Assembly (NCBI GenBank): GCA_951406725.2
Contig: OX597820.1
Location: 27,280,001 to 27,344,000, forward strand
Length of the DNA stretch: 64,000 bases
Reading direction: 5' to 3'
From: Octopus vulgaris
Taxonomy: Eukaryota
Within the stretch, counting starts at the first letter, position 1, and the number at the start of each line of letters is the position of its first letter. The position numbers and the translations under genes are program-made. The notes beneath the pieces are model-generated. The model made no database searches and had not been told where the DNA came from. It was given only the letters and a program-made list of their open reading frames with translations. Shown here in pieces: positions 53,983 through 64,000 of this stretch.

Positions 53983-54652
53983 AACACTTGCTTTAAAAAA
54001 GGCGCGTTTTCATTCCGTTTATAAACCGAATCACAGATGGAAATGCGATCCAAAAGGTTCTTCTCATTCAACTTATGTGGTACCCAAAAGCGGGTCTTCA
54101 TCATAAAAAAGTCTTGCTTTGTGTCTGGTGGGATTGGAAAGGAATTCTGTACTATGAGCTTCTCCCAAGTAACAAGACAATCAATTCTGAGAAATACTGC
54201 ACACAACTGGACGAGTTAAAAGCAGCAATTCAAGAGAAACATCCAGAATTGAACAACAGGAAGAGTGTTGTTTTCCAACATGATAATGCAAGATAGCACG
54301 TTTCTTTGGGAACCAGACAAAAATTGCTGCAGCTTGGCTGGGATGTGTTACTCCACCCTTCACATTCACCAGATATTGCTCCTTCGGATTTCTACTTATT
54401 CAGGTCTCTGCAGAATAGTCTTAATGGTAAAATTGTAATTCCTTGGATGAAGTAAAAAAAAATACCTTGATGAATTCTTTGCCATGAAACCATCTCAATT
54501 CTGAGAAGAGGGTATTTTCAAGTTAAAGGAAAGATGGAGACGCATTGTGCAACAAAATGGTTCATATTTGGTTGATTAAAAATGTAATGGCAAGTGTTTA
54601 TTGACGTTTTTCTTTCCTTTAAAAATCGGCACGAACTTTCCAGACAACCCAA
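53983..54652 (+). mobile_element. Mariner DD34D transposase 3' half plus right TIR, preceded by an inverted internal segment
   Basis: Plus strand reads PKAGLHHKKVLLCVWWDWKG...FQHDNAR*H...HSPDIAPSDFYLF, with a TIR ending GACAACCCAA|TA. Minus strand 53983-54086 reads WVPHKLNEKNLLDRISIC...PFLKQV. Confidence 0.9.
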
Positions 54653-55390
54653 TATGTATATAGGTAGATAGATACAGATATAGATGCAAATATTAATAAA
54701 TATGTTTTCTACTACAATATTCACTTTAACGTTACATTTTATTGATATATAAAATCACACAGAATCAAACGTTAATATGTGTGCGTATGTTTGTTTGTGT
54801 ATATGTATGTGCGTGTATATGTATGTATGTTTGTATGTATGTATGTATGTATGTATGTATGCATGCATGTTTGTATGTATGTATGTATCTATGTATGTAT
54901 GTATGTATGTATGTAAAGATGTAGGGGTGAGGTGTGTACGCGTATTTGTAGACGTAAGTAAAGACGATTTATTTATCAGCAAAGTGTGTGTGTGTGCACC
55001 AAATGTGTAGCAGCGGCAATACCATCTGTTATGACGTCAATGGAATCGAGAAAGAGGGAGAGATAGAGAGATAGATATTTAGAGAGAGAGAGAGAGAGTG
55101 TAAGAGGGGCTGAAAGTTAGTGTGTGTGAGTGACAGAGGCATGTTTCTTAAGTGACAAGGTTAATAGCCAAGAATTCACCAACACATATGTAATTGTAGA
55201 AAATAAACGGTGGCTATTGAAACAATGCTGAATTGTAAATCTGGGCGTCAAATGTACACATACGCAAAACTTATTCAGATACATGTCACACGCATACATG
55301 CTCATACGACGCATATATGTAAATATAATGACATACGAAAAGAGAAACGTAAACACAAGCGCTAACACGTTCGCTCAGAGAACTTGCATT

Positions 55391-57310
<1,920 letters not shown>

Positions 57311-57325
57311 ATAATAATTCATTTT

Positions 57326-57536
57326 ATTATAGGCACAAAGGACAAAATTTCATTGGAGGAGGATAGTCGATTACATCAACCCCAGCGCATGACTGGTACT
57401 CGTTTTATCGATCCCGAAAGGAGTGAAAGGCAAACTCTACCTCGGTGAAATTTGTACTCAGAACGTAAAGAGGCACGAAATGCCGCTAAGCATTGTTTTT
57501 CAAGCATGCTAAAGATTCTGCCAGCTCACTGCCTTA
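57326..57536 (-). mobile_element. Family-A SINE, tail-to-tail with 57097-57310
   Basis: Consensus match. Confidence 0.85.
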
Positions 57537-57580
57537 CATAATAATAATAATAATAATAATAATGATAATAATGATAATAT

Positions 57581-58255
57581 CATTTATTTGCCACAAGGAC
57601 AAAGGATGAGGGGGAATGATACAAAGACAGACATGAAGTGTGGGTGGTTACCTATAATGAAATGATAATAACAAAATAAGTATACACGGTATAGACTAAA
57701 AAAGAAAGGGGCACATGCATAGCATACAAAGGTTTAAGACAAGAAAAGCAAATCGCGACGGGGATGATAGAGATGTGGCCCTCCTGATTTAGGAAGGCCT
57801 CTAGGGATAATCGAGGAATCCCACTGTCCGAGATCTCCTTAAAATCCAAGTGCAAGTGCCCTCATCAATTTCTTCTTTCCGAATCAAAGGTCAACGCTTA
57901 CAGAGGTACCATCCACTCTTGCCATTTTCGTAACTTTCACCCAACTTTCAATAACTTCATTCGAGTACAGCACTTCTCTCTCCACTTCGAATTTCCTTTT
58001 GAAGTGAAACTTGAAGACGTCAAAGACAGCTCTACAAAAGAGGAATGTATCTGTCCTCATGTCTTTCAGCTTTGTCCACCAAACAACCTCTTTCGCCACA
58101 GCTACCAGGCAAAAGAAAATTGCTTTGCCCGATTGAAGGAGAGTAGAAGGGCGATCATCATAACATACTCAGCTGACAGACGGATCCGTCCCACACGTGA
58201 CAGCAGTTGCTCGACATGACCTCACAAGTCAGCAATGCCCAGACACTGAAAAACT
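57581..58255 (-). mobile_element. L1/Tx1-like LINE 3' fragment
   Basis: QCLGIADL*GHVEQLLSRVG (end of a CCHC knuckle), then AKEVVWWTKLK...ESWVKV, and a pyrimidine-rich 3' UTR ending TGTGGCAAATAAA. Confidence 0.7.
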
Positions 58256-58439
58256 ACTCAAGTCTAGAAAAACTAGTTAAGTCAAGAAAGAGCATGTGAT
58301 GAAGCGTGTGACAATTAAAGGAAAAAGAGTACGCCAAACAGATCGAATAGAAATCTCTGCGTGGCCAGTTTTGGAGAGCCACAGGAGACGTGTGAGGAAC
58401 AAAATCCTGGGCTTGATTAGAAAAAGGGCAATAAAAAAA

Positions 58440-58700
58440 AACGTAAAGGTTGTACCTATAATAATAGGTGCGCTAGGAACAGTAAGCCAAGATATTGACA
58501 AATGGCTGAAGGAGATTGAAATAGTATGCCCGGTAGAGCTTCTACAGAAAGTTTGTCTCTTAAGGAAAACAAGGACTGTCAGGAGGGTCCTAAGCATTTG
58601 AAAGACTGCTGAAAACTCGTAGATACCTAAGGTTATAGATAATAACCCCCTATCTATATAATCACTACCAGGAATAAGACCGAACCTGAGACAAACCAAA
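58440..58700 (+). mobile_element. R4/Dong-like retrotransposon 3' end (RLE domain)
   Basis: VKVVPIIIGALGTV...LLQKVCLLRKTRTVRRVL, then a stop, a short UTR and (TAA)n. Confidence 0.85.
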
Positions 58701-58706
58701 ATAATG

Positions 58707-58760
<54 letters not shown>

Positions 58761-59308
58761 GATGCAGTACCAGGCAGTGGCTCTCATGGCTTCTAATCTT
58801 AACTGATTGGAAGTGTTATCATGTACATTGTTTTGTCTTGGTATAAAAGATGGGCTACAGCAAATATTCTGCTCAATACCACAGATTTGCTTGTCAGTTG
58901 TTTGACCTTAACCAGTTGAGCATGTCCCTTAGTGGCTGACGATATGTGCATCTCTGATCACGAGCAGAAGTAGTGGGTGAGCATCATAGCCATGTGTTGA
59001 GAGGGATTCTTTGGGGTTTGAATAATTCACCTCTGGAGACATGGGTGGTTTTTTCAACATCCTTAAACAACCCTTATTCAGGGACCGTTTGAGCGGGATG
59101 GGCTACTCAACCTGAAGAAAATTCTAACTGGGCCCCACCTGCAAGGTCATGTGCTGTTTATCTTGATATGAGATCACCATGTCGCGCACATATGGTTGTG
59201 ATGCATGTGCCTGGTGTACCTTTATCAGACGGGTAGTCATGATGGGTATATTGGGCTTCGTATATTTTACCCCAGTGTCACTTTGATGTCATGCACTGCT
59301 CTCTCACT
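58761..59308 (+). mobile_element. ~550-bp non-coding element inserted in (TAA)n, copy 2
   Basis: Homolog of 11616-12170 with (TAA)n on both sides. Confidence 0.85.
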
Positions 59309-59350
59309 TAATAATAATAATAATAATAATGATATTATTATTATTATTCA

Positions 59351-59826
59351 GTAGTTTTATTTTTATAGCGTGCTTTCACTTCACTACCGAGCGCAGCTCT
59401 GTGTGCCTTGGGTATGTGCTGTGATTTGTTGTGATGCTCTGATGGTTATTGTATGGAAAGTGCTCTGCGTAGGATGTGTGCAGTGCCTAGTAGTGCAATT
59501 TTCTGTATGATATATGTGTTTGTAAGTCCTGGTGTTTTTGTTATGTATTTGTCTGAATATTTTTTTATCATGCCTAATGCACCTACTATGATAGGAATTG
59601 TTTCTGTTTTCAGATTCCACATTCTAGTTACCTCTATTTCCAGGTCTTTGTATTTTGAGAGTTTCTCCATTTCTTTTAGAGACACGTTGTCATCTGCCGG
59701 TATTGATACATCAATTAGAAAGCATTTTTTTTTCTTCATGATCTCTGACAACTATATCTGGTCTGTTGGCCTTAATTTCTCTATCTGTGTGTATCGGCAT
59801 ATCCCAGAGTATTGTTGCTTTCTCGT
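59351..59826 (-). mobile_element. R4/Dong-like retrotransposon 3' fragment (restriction-like endonuclease)
   Basis: ILWDMPIHTDREIKANRPDIVV, then after a frameshift CFLIDVSIP...EKLSKYKDL...PIIVGALG...QKIALLGTAHILRRAL. This is a PD..D..K RLE, ending in (AAT)n. Confidence 0.92.
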
Positions 59827-61336
59827 TTTCTGTAACCTTTTCTGGTGATTATTATCATCACTATTATAGGTTAGTTAATTTAGAGAATAAAATAACAGTC
59901 TAGGGGATAGACTATCCATCACACTACTGGTATATTACCTATATTTAACCTTGGACATACATATGCAACCGTATGTTCATAAGTTATAGGTAAACACAAG
60001 GATATACATGGGTTTATCAAGACTCAAAATTGAAAAAGAACAGAAAATAGAGAAGTACTGACAAATAACAATCGATTTACATCGAGTATTATATATTAAT
60101 TCAATCCAAATAGACTGCATCCTATCTAACAGCTGTTTCTGCTTCCAATGTTGTAATGGTATTGCTATTGGTATGCAAAACTATATAAAAATATTAATCA
60201 TAGTTGGCAATAAAACCGATCTGAAACAAGAAGCTTTATCAGAGGGACGGATAAATAAAGAAGAAGGTCATAGAGAAGAAAAAAAGGAACAGTTGAATAT
60301 GGTTGTACTTATACCATTTTGCTTGTGTGTCTCTTTAGGCCGTTATGTAAAAGACTAAAACAAAATAGCAATTAGTGGATTAATTCTTTGTATAATGGGG
60401 GTGGGCATAGGGTGGTTAAAGAATAAAAAAACAAAAATCATAGCGGGATACGCAAAGAGGTTTTAGTCGGAGAAGGGGTTGTAGATAGAGTAAGATTTTA
60501 TATTAATCATAATAATTTATAATAGTTATGTTTGTAGTACTAATTAATAGTATTAATCATTATAAAGTGCTAATTGATTAAATGCAATTTATTTATTTAC
60601 TAGCAGGTGGTTAAGCCCTTCTACCTGTTATCCGAAGGGAGATAAGGTAAGGTTCAACGTTCGATGTAATTGGTCAGTTGAAATTTAAAAACAAAGGGCC
60701 AGATAAATAAATGAATGAATAGGAAGATGGTGTATGTTGTAAGGGGCTCTAAAACGCTTAGGGTGGTAAAAACTAGATTTAAAAAATAATATTATGAAAT
60801 GAATATTAAGAGAGGAACCTATTCAGACATTTAGGAAGTAAGACGGTTAAGGTTGGAAATGGTCCAACAGTTTATCAATATGAATGCGAAATTTGTAAAA
60901 ACAATGAAACGAAATAATACCGTAGGGAAGTTATTAGAATATGTCTGGTTAAAGGGAGGTAATAACTAGGGTAAGTGGTCATAATTAGTGACTGCTGGTT
61001 GCAGTACACCCACAAAAAATGAGTTGACTAGCCTACCAGACAATTTTCTAGCTAATTGGTTAAATGATATTAAAATCAATCAGCCTAGTGGTCAATTAAA
61101 TAAGTAAAAGTAGATATCCCTAATTAAATTAATGGTTACAATTTATAGTTGAAATTTAAAATTAAAATACTTGCAGGTTTGTTTTTACAAATGTAAGCTC
61201 TTACTACAATTTGCTCATGCATTCATACACAAAGAATCAACATGCATGTATATGCATATGCACACACTTTTACAAATACATATATATCTATCACATATAT
61301 GTATATACATACATACACACACATACACACTCACAC

Positions 61337-61460
<124 letters not shown>

Positions 61461-61613
61461 CTATGTACAATCTCATACACGTATGCACACTCACATACAG
61501 CATGCAGCCACACAAGTACTCGTTTATGTACCCGAATAATTATAATATATATCATATCGCTATGTAACACATACATGGGTACTTATGCCAGTTTCAACAA
61601 TTAACACCCCATA

Positions 61614-61834
61614 CCCTTTCGTTACTGTATTTATTTTGAGATGCTCTGTGTTTGTTTCAATTACTTTAAATATAACAAAGAATTTAGTAAAATAACTTAG
61701 TTGTCATTTAGCTTGTATTAGGAACATAAATTGTGACTGAGGTTTGGTAGAAAGTTTAAATTCAAAACTTATGAAAACAAGACATTTGTACTACAGAGCC
61801 AGAGGCGGTTTCAGCCAGATTGGTAAGAAAAGGG
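61614..61834. mobile_element. piggyBac-type MITE
   Basis: CCCTTTCGTTAC ... GGTAAGAAAAGGG|TTAA. Confidence 0.65.
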
Positions 61835-62497
61835 TTAAACATAATCACAATAATAACAATATTAATAGCACGTAGATAAGTGCTAACTGCAAAAGAAAGA
61901 TCAAGCAAATACATAACTAAAAGGGAGTGTAGGGTGTCAAGTTCGTATTAAAGTGTTAAATAAATATTTCGTGGTGCGGTGGGGAGTGGTAGTGATATGT
62001 GTAAATCCAATAGGGGTCTTCATTCAGTAGAGGTAGATCAATGCTGACTTCGAATGGTCTAGAATAAACTAAAGTAAAACAAGCAAACAATGAGTATGTG
62101 ATGGTAAAGTATGTTATAAATACAGACAAATTCATTCATTATTACGGTGGAGATCAGGATACTATTAACGGGGTGTGTATGATAGAGGAATGGATGCTTG
62201 TGCATTCTATAGTCTAAATTTATGCTAAGAGTTAAGAGAACTGGCATTACATGGTTATAAGAGGGTGTAAAAGTTGTTTTTTGGCCTAGTAAAATGGTGC
62301 AATATGATATAATTTAGTTATTATGTATGGGAGAGGGGTCTTAAAACTCAGATAGGTTAGTTTAAGGGTATTAATAATGGTTACCTAGGTACGTAAATCT
62401 AGTAACCAAACTTAATTACAATTCATACATACATACATATATATATATATACATTCATAAATACATACATTTATACATTCATACATACATATATACA

Positions 62498-62713
62498 TAA
62501 TAATGTTCGACCTTCGGGTTCGAAGATGACCATTGACATCATTTGATGGAATTGTTGCTATGAGACCGGAGGTGGCTGTTGAGGCCAATCCGGGCAAGGA
62601 AGCCCCTCCAACAGGTGGGGCAGAAGTGGGTAGGGGCTGTGCTATTGGTGCAGGTGGCTTTCCGCATCTGGCGTTTCTGTTCTGCTGACTGAATCCGTCT
62701 CTCCTCGGCTGTC
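62498..62713 (-). mobile_element. RTE/BovB-like 3' end in (CATA)n
   Basis: AEERRIQSAEQKRQMRK...HFCPTCWRGFLARIGLNSHLRSH. Confidence 0.9.
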
Positions 62714-62744
<31 letters not shown>

Positions 62745-62826
62745 CATACATACATACATACATACATACATAGATACATACATACATACATACATACATA
62801 CATACATAGATACATACATACATACA

Positions 62827-63215
62827 TGGTGGTTATCTACTCCCTATGCAGAGTCTGACAACCACTTGTACTTACGCTTTAGATCTACCATGGCGTCTAA
62901 TGTGACTTTTAAGCCAGACAAAGATTTGAAAAAAACACCCACATAAATTGCATAACTGCTTAAGACCACAAAGAGCCGTACTTAAGTTCGAAATTTTGTG
63001 GATTTTAAAATGTCTCTTGTGGCCACTGTTAGATTTGCAGACCTTATGGCTTGCATGCACAGATAGATAGGCAGAGCGCCAGGTGGAAATTCGTTTTTCG
63101 TAGGTCTTCAAATGAGATTTGAGCCCAGCAAAAGAAGGACATGGTCTGTCACAAATTGTGCACACAAAATGGTGTTTGAGATTAATTTTCTCGTCTATCA
63201 TAGCATTTTTCTTTA
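62827..63215 (-). mobile_element. RTE-like 3' end with three partly decayed C2H2 fingers
   Basis: FVCTICDRPCPSFAGLKSHLK, HKVCKSNSGHKRHFKIH and LCNLCG...LKSHIRRH; same type as 22948-23250. Confidence 0.7.
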
Positions 63216-63371
63216 AATACATACATACATGCACGCAAACATACATAGACACATATCTACACACAAAAAATGCACACAAATACATACATACACGAACATA
63301 TAAGTATAGACCGTTAGCGCCTACACGCATTTTTTCACTCCTTGTTTCTCTCCTTGTTTCTTTTCTGTGTA

Positions 63372-63409
63372 TCTTTCTGTCGAAGAGCGTAGGCTCGAAA
63401 CGTAAAAGA
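63372..63409 (+). ncRNA. Minimal hammerhead-like motif with A6U core (element ~63310-63508)
   Basis: tcttt-CTGTCGA-a-gagc-gtag-gctc-GAAA-cg-TA-aaaga, with a perfect 5-bp stem I. Confidence 0.65.
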
Positions 63410-64000
63410 CTTGTTCTATTTCTATTCCTGAGCGCCATACTAATACATTTGTTTGTTTGTACTCCACCTGCCTTCGTCTTTTGTTTATTTTCGTAAACCT
63501 TCCCGTTATATATATATATAATTGTTCTATATGAAGTTAAATATACATTTCAATAGAGTACATATAAATTTTTCCGACACCAGACGGTCTTCTACATCAC
63601 CGACAACCATGCAACCCCCCCCCACACACACACTAATACACAAACACACATACACACACACACGCAATCCATACAGCCGGGATCACAAAACATTACGAAA
63701 CGATACACACTATCCGGATAACGACCCCGCTTACTACATTCTATAGTGAAATCAAGACACGTCCAATTTAGTAACAATCTCACACGGCAAATACTCTGAT
63801 ATATTAATCTCTCAATTAAATAAGACAACAAACTCACTTAACACATATTCTACTTAATTACCTCTTAATGCCATAAAAGCTTTCACAACATGCAATAACG
63901 ATACTTAAACGACAAGTTACGTTAAAACTAATCGAAGAACCTAGCAAATTAGACGTAATATAAAACATGCAAACATTTTTATATTAACCCTGAAAACAAT

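Noticed and set aside
60173-60358. ORF containing IIVGNKTDL, resembling a small-GTPase G4 motif
   Set aside because: No G1, G3 or G5 motifs were found nearby and there are no convincing splice sites. The opposite strand reads PSDKASCFRSV, like a decayed CR1-type ORF2. A tblastn search or RNA-seq coverage would settle it.

Overview
AT-rich, repeat-saturated eukaryotic non-coding DNA, intronic or intergenic. It is most likely from an octopus or other coleoid cephalopod, inferred from the SINE families and the extreme density of (TA)n, (CA)n, (CATA)n and (TAA)n tracts. I can support no host-gene exon, and most listed ORFs are microsatellite read-throughs. The window holds about 45 tRNA-derived SINE copies or fragments, relics of RTE, R4/Dong and L1/Tx1 LINEs, mariner DD34D and DD41D transposons, MITEs and non-autonomous Helitrons. 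The main signal is about 14 hammerhead-ribozyme (HHR) motifs in short, ORF-less elements that mostly abut microsatellites and resemble Penelope pLTRs or retrozymes. They include two canonical type I HHRs, several minimal HHRs with core variants (A6U, U4C, U3-A8) and a palindromic pair. Three further motifs, from two unrelated families, have their three HHR strands in a non-circularly permuted (pseudoknotted) order, with near-identical spacing and compensated stems I and III. All folds were read by eye and none has been tested for activity.
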